From: Pseudogymnoascus verrucosus | Lineage: Eukaryota | Strand: one strand, 5' to 3' | Assembly (NCBI GenBank): GCA_001662655.1 | Contig: KV460221.1 | DNA length: 64,000 nt | Shown: one piece after another, positions 24,670 through 36,920 of the stretch | How positions within the stretch are numbered: position 1 is the first letter of the stretch | How the letters are laid out: the number at the start of each line of letters is the position of its first letter | Position numbers and translations under genes: made by a program | Notes under the pieces: generated by a model | What the model saw: only the letters and a program-made list of their open reading frames with translations | What the model was told of the DNA's origin: nothing | Database searches by the model: none

Positions 24670-26512
24670 TTAGCTTGTCACAAAACCTTTTATCATGCAT
24701 GCCGCAAAGATTGCAGGGGCCGCCCAAAATGCCAATTTCGCGTATTGCGACTCCTCCACGACCCGGCCAATATGCAACTTCTTCTCCTTGTTGGCCATCC
24801 CGGCACCTCTGCCCGTCATATCGTAGGCTGACCAGTCAATGTTCGACGCCCTCTGCTGATACTCAACCACCGTACCGCACCAGTTGTTGGTGACGGTGCC
24901 GTCGGCAGCCTTGTACCAACTGTGACAAGCCGGATTCGCAAAGCTGGTGAGTTTGAGGCGCTCCTGGATATCCTTGTTGTAGTACGCCATTGCTTCCGCC
25001 TTTACCATGATCTCCAACTTCTCACCGCGTATAGAGGCTTTCAATACTGTAGATATCATGGCGCTAATGTACCGCGACTGAGCTTCTACCATCAGAATGA
25101 CAGAGTTGTGTCCCAGATTAGTGTTCGGACCGTACAGCATTGCAAAATTTGGTAGTGACTCGACAGTCATTCCCAGGTACGCTCGCGTACCACTTTGCCA
25201 AATGTTGGCGAGAGAGCGGCCGAATTTGCCATAGATCTTGATTGGGTACATGAACTCCAGTGTGCGAAAGCCTGTAGCGAAAACGATTACATCGACAGGG
25301 TGTTCGGTATTGCCCTCGACAACTATTCCGGATGGTGTGACGTGTTTGATACCATGTGTCTCGAGAGTGACCTGTGGCTGGGTTAGAGTTGACAAGAAGT
25401 CGTCAGACATGATGATCCTCTTGCATCCAGGAGGGTAGCTTGGGATAAGCTTCTCCTGCAATTCTGCATTGTCCGGTAAATGCTCCTCTAGCAATGCCAA
25501 GCACATCTTTTTTAACTCGGCCTTGGCATCTGAGTTTTCAACGACACTGGCTTGATAAATAGTCTCTCGTATATCCATCAATTTTGCTCGATGGGCCTTC
25601 CGAACGCCAGGTATGTAACGGTATGCTTTCCTCCTTATTTCGCTAATCTCGGTGTTGAACTTTGGAACCACCCAATTTGCCGTCCGCTGAAAGACAGTTA
25701 ACGTATTACAGATCTTTGCCAATTCTGGGATAATTTGTGCTGCAGTCGCCCCGTTTCCAATAACTGCGATCTTTTTGCCATCCATTGGATAGCTCCAATC
25801 CCATCGCGCAGAGTGCATGACCTTCCCTTTGAAGGAGTCGAGATTTGGCAGCTCCGGGTATGATGGCACGTTTAGCTGCCCTACTGCAGAGACGAGGTAT
25901 TGTGAGTTAATTGTATACTCCTTTCCGAACTCTGCTTCTTTGTCGCCAGTGACTTGTACTTGTGTCTTCCAGAGGCCTTCTGCATCATCCCAACGCGCTT
26001 CAGAGACGGCAGTATTAAACCTGATTTTCTGGAAAAGCCCCCATTTTTGAGCGACATTGACCAAGTAGTGAAGAATCTCTTCTTGACCAGCATATTCACG
26101 ACTCCAGTCCGGATTTGGGTCGAAAGAAAAGGAGTAGAGGTGGCTCCAGACTGTGGTTGTAGTGAATCAGCTACGTTTCACTACGACCCTACAGTGCAGG
26201 TACAGACCCAAGGGGTCCAAGTAAAAGACAGCTTTGTAGAGAAGGTAAAGGAAAGGGACCATACTGTCACAACAGCATCCTGGATACTTGTTGTCGTTCC
26301 ACGTTCCACCAACTTGACTACCCTTCTCAACGATAATAAAATCATGGGATTTGTTACGCCGAATCAGATCAATGGCAGTGCATATTCCTAGAAGTGTCAG
26401 CTGGTTAGACCTTTTAACATTGTCTTCACTCGGTTTTTTGGTTTAGCTTACCTGATATGCCAGATCCAATGATGAGAACTGGCGTATTGGTGTGAGACCT
26501 CCTTGTTGCCAT
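24670..26512 (-). CDS. Type I Baeyer-Villiger monooxygenase
   Basis: N-terminal IIGSGISG and GGTWNDNKYPGCC; fingerprint FKGKVMHSARW; VIGNGATAAQ, GCKR, ATGF, GPNTNLGHNS. Two 5' introns; hydrophobic C-terminal tail. Confidence 0.92.
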
Positions 26513-27234
26513 GGTTGTTATGAGAAAATATTGTGACAACTTTTTTCGTAAAAAAGGTTATAGGTTAATGGCCTTTTATGTGGAAGGAAAGTCGCAGCCT
26601 GGGGTATTTTGCAATAGCAGTGAGTCTATGGATGATAATTTGGTGGGCCTTGTGTCGTCGACTTAATCAAGTCTGGAGTACCCCATGCAGGGACATCCAT
26701 GAAGCACCACTTTGCCGGGGATTGGACCCCACACAAGCACACACTTTAAAAGTAGACAGCTGCTGCCAGGAACCGAGTCTGACCATAGTCTTCCGTGGCC
26801 CGGCACTACAAAATCGGAAAGAATCCCGTCCAGCAGTTGGTCTTCGGAGCTCACCCGATTCGACCTTCATTACTACCCCGCTTTTGAGCTGCATCTCTAG
26901 ATGCGAAGGCAAATAAATTGGTGTGGAGCACGCACCCTCGGAACTGTAGCCGAACACTCTTCTGATTGATCGGGGAACTGAAAGCTACCGACCTGAAAAT
27001 ACGGTACAGCTCATGTCACCAGGACTACGTTATCCCATGTGATGCGCTAGTCTATTAGTTACAGAGTAATGAAATTTGCAAAGGAGCAGGATAATCTTAT
27101 TTAACGCTCCTTTTGGACTGCAGCTTCAGACATGTCAAGGGCAACAAGGACTAGACTTCATTGCAATTTTTTGGCTTACCTTTGGCAACGTCCCAAGTTC
27201 GTCCTTCTCTACTTGACTGAGTACACATAACAAG

Positions 27235-28198
27235 ATGTCGCACCGTAGCAACGCTCACTACAACTATGTCCCAGACATCTACCGCGACGGTGAGCATCCA
27301 CAGGACACCCGGATTTTATGAAACTAATGCCGGTTTGAAGATAGCGGTCTTGTGGCGGGAGGAGATCCCTGTGTATAGGGGATTCGCCTGTGGTCAGAAG
27401 AGGCCGACGAAGCAAATAACATCTGGAAAGAAGTTTCCGAGAGAAAGGCTGTTGTCATTGTCCACCCCACTCACCCCGTCGACAACAACCTAATTAGGAG
27501 ATTGCTTCCTCGGCCTATCATCGACTACCCATTCGAGACAACTCGCGCAGCTGTTGACTTCATTGCCTCTAGAACAGTGCGCGACTTCCCGGATGTCAAG
27601 ATCATCTTTTCCCGTGGTGATAAAGCTCTCACATACCTCATCAGTCGCCTAGCAACTGTTCTACCTTACTTGTCTAAGGACTTCAATCCAAAAGACGTGC
27701 TTAAGGACGCGAGAAGCTTCTACTATGACACTACAATTTCCGGCAGCGAGAATATACTCCTAGTTGTCACGATCAGGAGTCGACTGACCCCTTTCTGCAG
27801 AACGTGATGTTAGCTGACGGTTATCTAACCGTTAGGTAACGGTTAGCTATCCTCCAGCCATCGCCATGTCAGCGCTATGACACCAGGTCCACCAAGACCC
27901 TACAACTCTCTGCCCTCGCCTAGCGCACACAGACAATATAAGTAGCAAGGAGCTGGCTTCAATAGGAAGCCAGCGGCTAGTTTTGACAGCTACCTATGAA
28001 TACACTATGATCGCCCGTTGAAACCCATGCTGCTTACCTGTCTTGGATCACTGAGTGATATGACTCTCACACTAGTCCTAGAAAGATTTCCTAAGACAGG
28101 CCACCTGTTTACATGATAGTGACTACCTATATGATTTCAACCAACACTGATGGGTCCTTGAGTTATGGCCAAGACTGAAGCAGCACTAAAATAAGTAG
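27235..28198 (+). pseudogene. Amidohydrolase-2 pseudogene, paralog of 5456-6470, interrupted by a solo LTR
   Basis: MSHRSNAHYNYVPDIYRD with the same intron position; VHPTHPVD, IIDYPFETTR, FYYDT, WPRLKQ. Has deletions and stops. Confidence 0.9.
27765..28071. mobile_element. Solo LTR (307 bp) with 5-bp TSD CTAGT
   Basis: TGTCAC..CTCACA ends; CTAGT at 27760-27764 and 28072-28076. Removing it restores ENILLVLERF of the pseudogene. Confidence 0.88.
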
Positions 28199-28702
28199 GC
28201 TAGCCATGTGCCCACCGGACCTTCGCCGTCGAGTCGGTTTGTACAGATACCTTTCAATATAAATTGTGAAGTTTAAATATCTGTTCGTATCTTATGAGTG
28301 ATTTTGTAGGAACAAGAAATTTAGGAATGATGGCAAATAGCCGTCGTGGTCCATGATAATGTGGTCTAGCCTACTCACCTCCTTGGAGCATAGCAGCCTC
28401 TGGAAGTTATCTGCCTTGGAGATACGCTCTCCAAAGTGGTTGTGGATGGCTTTCACCAAGAGAACCTTTATTAAAATCCGCTGCGTACACATCTAAAATA
28501 GACCTGAGACTTTCTATATATAGCATTACGACCAAATACTATGACCTGGCAATATCTCCATCTGCCTGGATTATCTATCTGACCGTAAAACTGTTCAACA
28601 TAATCGAGCAAACCCAACTGGAATACTGGAAATATTTCACAGCAAGGAGGTGAGTTTCATCTGTTATGCGATCAAAATAGTTATAGTAGAACGATATCTA
28701 AC

Positions 28703-29122
28703 ATGGGTATCAAGTCAGCGGCTGATTATACAGTCCCCAGCATCATCAATGGGCAAGATAAAACTCTCAGAGACTCATTTCAAGTCGTGCCCTCATCTAC
28801 CGGCAAGGGTCTATATAGTTGTAGCAGTGTATGGGCCGCAGAGGCTGAGCAGGTTGTATCTGCGGCGCAAACTGTGAAGCCTGTGTTATTGGAGCTTGGA
28901 GGAAAGGCCAACGGTTTCTGTAATTCGTATCTAGAGCGAGGAAGAAGCCCTTGAGCTTGCGAACGATACCGAGTATGATCTGACTACACCCGTTTTCAAT
29001 GGTATGACAGTACACGATGAGATATCTCTGCCACATGGTGGCATAAAGGCGAGGGATTACGGTAGTTTTGGCTCTGCCGGCTTAGACGAATGGCTAACAA
29101 CGAAGGCGGTCACGTACAGATT
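28703..29122 (+). pseudogene. ALDH pseudogene, deletion-collapsed paralog of 2315-3803
   Basis: Joined blocks YTVP..STGKGLY, KPVLLELGGKA, LANDTEY, MTVHDEISLPHGG, GLDEWLTTKAVTY. Confidence 0.9.
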
Positions 29123-29249
29123 ATATATATACTCAGGACGTTCAGCTGTAGGTGTAAAATACCGGAAATAGTCCCTGGATGTAGCTCATCCGCCTGCCTC
29201 CATAAAATTAAAATATGGGGGAAAGCCGCACTCCATCTCCCAAATGCCA

Positions 29250-30281
29250 TTATTGTGCGGTGTAGCCCCCATCAACTGCCATTGAGACCCCCGTAACCCA
29301 GTTTGCGTCCTCACTCGCAAAGAAGACTGCTACCCTCGCAATGTCTTCTGGTTGCCCAAAGCCTTTCAGCGGATGCATTGCCGATACTTTATTGACGATA
29401 TCTTTGTTCAAGCCTTCAATCATTACACTATGAGTATCTGTGATACGAGAGTTAGCAACATTCAACGCTTCTAAGTTTTGGACTTACAGCCTGGGCAAAT
29501 GGTATTGCAATGAATCCGGTGCGGCGCGAAATCTAATGCAGCCGCTCTAGTTAGATTCACAACACCTCCTTTAGCTGCGGAATATGATGACGTTCCGTAC
29601 GTCCCAACCAAACCCAATATTGAGGCTGTATTGATAATCCATCCCCGGTCGCCGCTCGAGTGCGGTTCTTGCTTGAGCATCTGAGCGCCAGCATACTTGC
29701 AGCCCAGAAATACCCCCCTCAAGTTGACTTGCTGCGTCATGTCGAATTGGTCATCCGGGGTTTCCCAAATTCCCAACGGCCGCGGCGCTTTGGTCTCAAA
29801 CGCAATCCCTGCGTTATTGCACATGCTATGCTGCTTTAGAAGATGAACCTTGGTGCTATGGGAACATAGGGACTCACATATCAACTCTTCCGAATTCCTT
29901 CACAGCTGCTTGCACCATGTCTTGAACGCTTTGTGAATCGCTCACGTCTACTTTTACGGCAAGGCTCCGCACGCCATCCTGCTCCTTAACGAGCTCATGG
30001 GTTGCCTTGCTGGCTTGAATACCAATGGCAGACGGGGCGAGCGGCCTCAGATCAGCGCAGACGACGTGCGCCCCCTCTTGAGCATACCTTAGAGCAATGG
30101 CACGGCCAAGTCCAGAGGATGCTCCTGTGACAATCGCAACCTTGTCTTTAAGTCTCTGAGATGTTTGAGTCCGGCTTCTACTCGCGTAACCTCGTTTTGT
30201 TGACCAAGTACGAGTGCATTGATTCAGAGATTTGGAGGGGCTTTGAAGCAACCTTGATAGACAACTTAATTTGTGAGCCAT
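29250..30281 (-). CDS. Classical SDR oxidoreductase with a probable mitochondrial presequence
   Basis: TGASSGLG, NNAGI, YSAAK, VDGGY; two introns; Arg/Ser-rich N-terminal extension ending KRGYAS. Confidence 0.88.
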
Positions 30282-30905
30282 TGTTTCTGTTTGTTTCGAT
30301 GCTTCGAGTATTGGCTAGAAAGTAGCAGCTGAAGTAATAGAAATTATAAAATAGTGAGGTGGGTAGAAAAAGTAAATACATTTATAGTGAAGTTTATATG
30401 TGAAGCGAAGGTACTTATTTCATCATGCTTCAAAGGCAAACTCATCGTTAAAACTGCTACCTCCACTAATTCTTCATTATAACTGCTACTATTAATTTAT
30501 GCTACAATCTATGTCTTATCGCCGCCTTAGCATCTAAATTTATTTTGTAAAAGTTGTCCTCTGTCTGTTCGGAGGGCGCTGACCACGAGAATGATGTATA
30601 GTGTAAATTACCGACCATGAGCGAAGCGAACAGGAGGGTTGCCGTTAACCCCGTTCCGTACCAGATCCCCACCAAGAACCGGATTCTGGAGTCGTTCCGA
30701 TTCGCCACTTTCCTCCTCGGTGCTGCTTCCGATTCGAGTCCCTCAACCAAATTGCACAGCCAAGCACCTAGCCAGGTACAGTATCGGCTTACCTTACTTA
30801 GCTCAGAGGAGTTGGCGCGAGAGCCACGCTGTGAAATTGAATAATACTTTGTTTGTATATTATTGAATCTGTCTCAAGGTTTTGAAAAATATACATCCAG
30901 CTGAA

Positions 30906-32161
30906 ATGGCATTTCCTGATAGACAAATCCCGACTAAGGCTTTGGTGGTGGAAAAGGCGGGCTCGCCTTTTGTCCTGCAGGACATTACACTGGACGAGGT
31001 TCGTGATGGGGAAGTGCTTGTTGAGATGAAATACACTGGACTGTGTCATACAGTAGGTTCTCTTTACCATTCTTCGGCAAGTTCCAATTGACCACGCGTG
31101 GTAGGATATCGTGGTGCAGCAAGGACTTATGCCAGTTGGAGGTTTCCCCGCTATTCTCGGTCACGAGGGAGCTGGCATCATTCGAAGACTCGGGGGTTCT
31201 ATGAAAGATAGCTCCCTGAAAGTTGGTGACCAAATACTCCTGTCTTTCAGCTCTTGCACAACCTGTTCATTCTGCAGCCAAGGTCGAAATGGTTCTTGTC
31301 CTCATATCACAGCGATCAACTTCACAGGAACTAGACTTTCCGATGGCAGTAACCCGGCAAGTTTGGCTGATGGCACGCCTGTCCGCAGCAAGTTCTTTGG
31401 GCAATCATCCTTTAGCAAGCTGGCTGTTGTTTCCGAAACGTCTGTCGTTAAGTGTGCGTTCAGCAGCGAGGAATTTGCCATCATGGCTCCGATGGGATGT
31501 GGGTACTTTACCGGTGCGGGCACGATTATGAGAGTTTTGAAACCCTCAAAGAAAACGACGGTAGCAATACTGGGTATGGGAGCTGTGGGGCTGAGTGCTT
31601 TGATGGCAGCCAAAGCTATAGGGGTCGAGAGAGTAATAGCTGTCGACATCGTGGATGCCAAATTGGAACTCGCTGTTTCTCTCGGAGCCACCGACGCGCT
31701 CAACTCTGGTAGAATCACCAGCCTCGCAGAAACCTTGAAAGGGCTAGTCAGCGATGGAGTCGATCAGATTGTCGACACAACTGGTATCTGCTCCCTGATA
31801 GAAGAAGGTATCCGTGGTCTAGGCCACGGTGGTGTCTTTGCCCTGGTCGGAGTGGCCCGCCCTAGCCAAAAGGTTTCTGTTGATCCTTTGGACATGCTTC
31901 TCTCGTGCAAACGCCTAATCGGTGTCATCGAGGCATTATCAGACCCCGTCGAGGTGATTCTTAAAATGCGCCCAGTGATAAAAGATCGAACTGCTAACCA
32001 CCAAATAGTTGATTCCTGAGCTTGTGAAATTGCAACGGGAAGGCCTATTTCCCGTTGAAAAATTATCACGGGCATACCCTGTTGCTGATATCGACAAGGC
32101 TATTGCAGATCTCAAGGCAGGTAGAGTTGTAAAGCCAATACTTTCATGGGAATCTGTGTAA
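30906..32161 (+). CDS. Zn-dependent aryl-alcohol dehydrogenase (MDR; benzyl-alcohol dehydrogenase-like)
   Basis: GLCHTD, GHEGAG, CTTCSFC..C, FFGQSSF, PMGCG..TGAG, GMGAVG; two introns. Confidence 0.92.
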
Positions 32162-32511
32162 TTAGCTAGCTATAGAACGAGACTAATTTTATATTTACAT
32201 TATGCAGCCGAACAAGGGTGTACAAAGGCGGAGCGGTCTTCTGTGGAGAAATTTTCTAGGATCTATCCAAGAGACTGGAATTTCGCTCGTTTCCACTGCT
32301 TGGTGTGGTAGCCTGGTCCAATCGACACTGTGTTGGCCGATTAGCTGCACTACTAGCAGCCAACTTAACAGGGCTAATTAATGATTAATATGCCTTCTTT
32401 CTTAATGTCGCAAACAGTCTGATCGGATTAATGGTAAGATATTTACAGCATCGACATAAGCAGGTTTAATGGCCTATAAGATGGCAAAGTTTTGTCTTGG
32501 TTTTGCTAGCC

Positions 32512-33135
32512 ATCCATTTTATTCACGCTGGTGAACTGATCATGGGCACGGGGTACACTTTTCTCTCCGCTGTGTTTGATTAGGTCAAGCAGCTCGATGC
32601 TGTAGTGGTCTCTGCGGATTACCGTCTAGCCCTGGAAAATCCACCTCCAGCTGGATTTGACGATGCATATGCCGGACTAAATGGACAGCAGATCAAGCAG
32701 TTGCGCTCGGAATTAATCCAAAGAAACTTGTGATAGCGGTGCCTCTACAGGGGGCTGTCTTGGGGCGACTATCGCACTCGAAATACGGGACCACGGCAGA
32801 CCTGATCTATATGGCCAGATGCTGATCTACCCCATGGTAGATGATCAGTGAATTACAACCTCAACTTAGTAATTCGCGTCTTATGGAACATGGACAGGTA
32901 TAGCTTCGACTATTTCATGGGATCTAGTCCTTCCAGGCCGCCGAGGGACTGGTGGTGTCGTACTTATGAGGGCCCGGGACGGGCTACCGCCCTGGGTAGA
33001 CATCCGCCTACTTATATTGAGGTGGGGTCTGGGAAGCCTTTTGGGATGAGTGTGTAGCATACACCTGCAGGCTGTGTGAGCACTTTCACATGTGGCCGGG
33101 GTTGTTGCATGCTTCGGAGATTTTCAATCCACGAA
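32512..33135 (+). pseudogene. Esterase pseudogene, paralog of 16990-17961
   Basis: HFIHAGELIMGTGYTFLSAVFD*VKQLDAVVVSADYRLALENPPPAGFDDAY, YPMVDD, PPTYIEV, WPGLLHASEIF. Has stops and frameshifts. Confidence 0.88.
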
Positions 33136-33179
33136 CGTATAGCCTAACAGGACTTAAAGTAGTATTCTTAAGAATGGTT

Positions 33180-35901
33180 TTAAGAAAAAATATTTCCCCA
33201 GCCAATATCATCCAAGTTCCACGGAGGCTGCAATCCCGAATTTTGAGACAGCATGTCTTGGAGCTGAAGGTCGCTAAAGAGGAACTCGCTATTTACCACG
33301 CCTCGGCCGTTGCTTGTTTCATAAAGGCTGGTCTGCAGGTAATCTGAAATGTTACCTTCTGTAGAGTTAAAATCTGACTTTTGCGTCATCTGAGTGGGCG
33401 ATGCCCGAAGATCTGTTATATATTAGCACAAATCGGAAGAGGCAGAGGACTACTCAACGAATCGAGGTGGGATAGATTTGTTGATGCATGCTGTACAGCG
33501 TCTTGGCGCATTGATTAGCTGCATCGTTATGCAAACCCATTCTTTCCAAAGCTCTCTGGCACTGGTCCCATGACTTTTGAACGGTGCTAGGTACTCTAGA
33601 CGCAAGGACTGTAGGGCAGACCTCGGCCAAAATAAGCACCATCGCAGATGAAAATAAATCTAGGAGAAACATTTAGCAGTTGGGTTTCTGAAATATAACG
33701 TGAGCTTACAGAATACATTATACCACCAAGCATCAGTTGCGGCGGTTTGCGACGCATGGTCAACGATATCTATCAGCTCTTCTGCAGCTCCTACGCAAGC
33801 TTCTGCGCAGCGTTGAGCGAAATGCCCGTACAACATATTACTTGTCGCATGCTGCCGTTCACGGTCGCTTGAACCTTTCGCTGCGACTCCTAGCTTTGAT
33901 TCTACACATAACTGGTTTAATATAGGTCGATATAAAAGAAGCTTTAGGTGGACGAATCTACATAGTGTGTTAACCATCATTTTGGAGGATTAATGTACTA
34001 GTAATAGAGACTAACCTTGCATGAAGGACATTGCGTTGTCGGGTGACAATCTCGGTCGACCGGTGTGCTTGATCTCGCCAGCCCCAATAGAGTTGCTCAG
34101 GCACGTTACGTTCAAAATGAGATAGGTTATTGTCGAGATCGATTATGACATCAAAAAAACAAAATCTAGGTTGCTGGCCGATCTTATTACGACCACCTAA
34201 GTGACTTAAGGGTTTGTAGACATCTGTGAGGACCTCGGCAAGGATTTTATTAACTTTTAGAGCCTGCACGAAGAAGGAAGTAACAGGCACGTTATCTGCT
34301 GAGGATGCAGATAGCGAGATGAGGGAGTCGTCATTGCTGGCAATTGGCAGCGGTATATCGGACTGTCCAGTAGTAATAGATGGTCTTCCAAGAGTCATGC
34401 TCACAACACTGCAGCATAAATTTAGCTTTGGATTCGCATCCACGAATGGAAGAGCAAGGTTCACGAAAAGGAAACTTACGTATCGAGCATTATACAACCG
34501 TACCATGCACGCCGCCTCATCTCTACTTCAATAGGAGAGCGATTTTCGTTTCCGTCGTCAATATAGAGCCCAATTCCTTGTGCCACCCTGTAGGCTAGTC
34601 CAACCATATTCCAGCATCGGTCAGGATAGTGCGTACTTTGAAGAAACTGCGCCATGATCAGAAGGGCCTGTACGAGAGCTAGGTCTCCTTCATCCAAAAT
34701 GTCGATATGTAGAAAGTACTTTCCACGGAGAAAGAATGTACTTGTGAGCGCTTCTCTCTCTGCTGAGGGTAGGTCTGAAAATTGGCAGCTAAGGGCAAAC
34801 ACAGCGTTCAGAGCACAAGAGAAAGTGGCAGGTCCGCAGTTTGAGCCTCCTAGGCCAACAGCTTCTGTCGAAACGTGCCTATCATCGACTGCACTATCGC
34901 GAGCCCAGATTTGTTCGTAGCTTTCAAGAAAGCTCGGCTTGTGTATAAACGGATATAAACAGTGTACTCTAGCCCAATATAGGTCTAACAAGTGATCTGC
35001 TAGAGCTCGAGGAGGTAAAGTAAGGGCTTCAAGTCTCGAGCTGAGTCCCTCGCCCAAGAATGAGGATAATCCATGGACTGCAGCTCTAGACTGCTTGGTT
35101 GCTGGTAGTTTTGGGTAGACAAAGTCAGATTCTCCCGTGGACGCCCGAAGGGTCTCTCGAACTTGGTGTTGAAAAGACACCGCGGATGAGCTCCCGTAAA
35201 ACAGCTCTTGTGCAGCAGTCACGCTGTCAGAGATATGCGAGGCCGCCCCCATTGCACTAACAGAGCTGCAGGCCACGTGTCCGTCTTGTTCTGGGAATGG
35301 GCGGCCGTCTGGCCCCTGTAGTCGGTCGTCAAAGGGGCCCAATGGGCTTACGGTTGATGTTGGCCGGTCAGACGGATGGGCCTCTGCCTCGGCGGATAGG
35401 ATGTCAAGGTTCCTGTTCGAAATGGGGGGGACCGACGGCACTTCATCCGCTCGGTGAAGAGCCGCCAGCTCGCTGTGGCGTACGGCATGTGCTATCCTAG
35501 AAGGACTTGCCTGATCACTTTCAAGCATGCGAATTCGGTCCTCCAGGTACCGCACATGTCTGATTAAAAATCAATGAGCTCAAGATCAACCCTCAGAGCA
35601 TGGGTGTAACTATACATACTCTCTATCGGCTGAGGCACGAGAAGAGTCCGAGACGTACTTGCATCGGTCTCCAGCCTTGTGCTTTCGTTTGCAATTGCCG
35701 CAAGTCGGTTTCTGCCCATCACATCGAATCTTCTTCTCTCTACAAGCATCACATGCGATGGCAATCTTGTGACGTTTGGGGGGCCGCGCTCGTCGTTGTG
35801 TGGCCTGCTTTACATCTGTTAGTTACGGGCAGACGCCGGCTGTCAGCGCGAAGAATTCGAGACAATACATTTTGCGGTGCTCCCTGACCCTGAACTTCCA
35901 T
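33180..35901 (-). CDS. Zn2Cys6 transcription factor (TF-B), paralog of TF-A
   Basis: ACDACREKKIRCDGQKPTCGNC..C; same exon layout as TF-A; shared LPPRALADHLLDLYW, QFLQSTHYPDRCWNMVGLA and LQPPWNLDD. Confidence 0.88.
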
Positions 35902-36546
35902 CTTCGGGCACTGCCCTGCATTCACCAGCACGCTGTAACAGCAGCGATTGATAGTGGTAAGAGAGCTAGCACAAGGTTGGTGAAAGAGTTGGAGAAAGAA
36001 GTGCAGCTTGATGCAGAGTGGCTGACTGCGAGGAATCCAGAATAGCGGAGCTCGGGAGGAGGGGAACATGGAGAAGATTACGTATAAAATCCCCAGATAA
36101 AGTACTTGCAAGGATTATCTGTGGTAGAAATGTGGATACGAGCGACATCACGTGTTAATATTACTCAGCAATGGACCGTCCTGTCTACCAAGTTCAAAAG
36201 CGAAGATCCAGTTCTCTATTATGCCCAAAGTTTCATAGATACTTAGCTACTAAGTCTTCAAGCTCCTTGTTACTCATGCCCTTGATGCTGATCAGCCCGT
36301 CGTCAAGATGCGCTGAGAAGTCTCATCCGAAGCCCTCCCTCCTAAGGGCTGAAATATGAAGCAGCCCTACGGAAACTTAGAATCTTAATAACACCTTAAT
36401 AATGAGCATAGTGATACTAGCATTTTTATATTATAGTAGATTGTAATATAAGGAGTTAATGTACAAGAACTCTAAAACGAGTAATTAAGTTTTTTGTTTT
36501 TGCCAATATAAGTACCTTTACATATAAATTTGTATGTAAAGTACAC

Positions 36547-36795
36547 TAGTCTCATTACGCCAGTAGTCTCATTACGCCACGACCTACGTTAGTCATAACC
36601 ACCTTGCCAAGAGAGCCGAATGAGCCTTCTACATCAAGTGTAGTTTGTTCTAGAATCTTTAGAATCCCAAATACTTCTTCACGGTGGGACCATTCGTCAA
36701 TAGTCAAAGTGTCATCCCAAAGCTCGTCCTTGTGCGCTGAGCAAAACATCTGAATTGCAGGCTGAACGCCAGGCCGTAGAGCGCAGCCAATCATT
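36547..36795 (-). mobile_element. hAT-like transposon remnant
   Basis: Terminal tandem TAGTCTCATTACGCCA x2. Peptide ALRPGVQPAIQMF..DTLTIDEW..ILKILEQTTLDVEG resembles a hAT transposase core. Confidence 0.55.
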
Positions 36796-36920
36796 CAGCC
36801 AATCATTCACACCCCAGATATTATTAATGCGACACATCAAAAATTCGATCGCGATACCATAATAATAATGCCCGTAGCCTCACTCTTCACTATGACCCTT
36901 TATCCCAACTAAAACACTCA

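Noticed and set aside
2315..35901. Patulin/yanuthone-type biosynthetic cluster
   Set aside because: The decarboxylase is PatG/YanB-like, but there is no PKS, P450 or prenyltransferase in the window.
36784..36807. Tandem CAGCCAATCATT x2 as the TSD of the helicase element
   Set aside because: Both copies are on one side; no matching copy near 45080, and the hAT fragment does not resume there.
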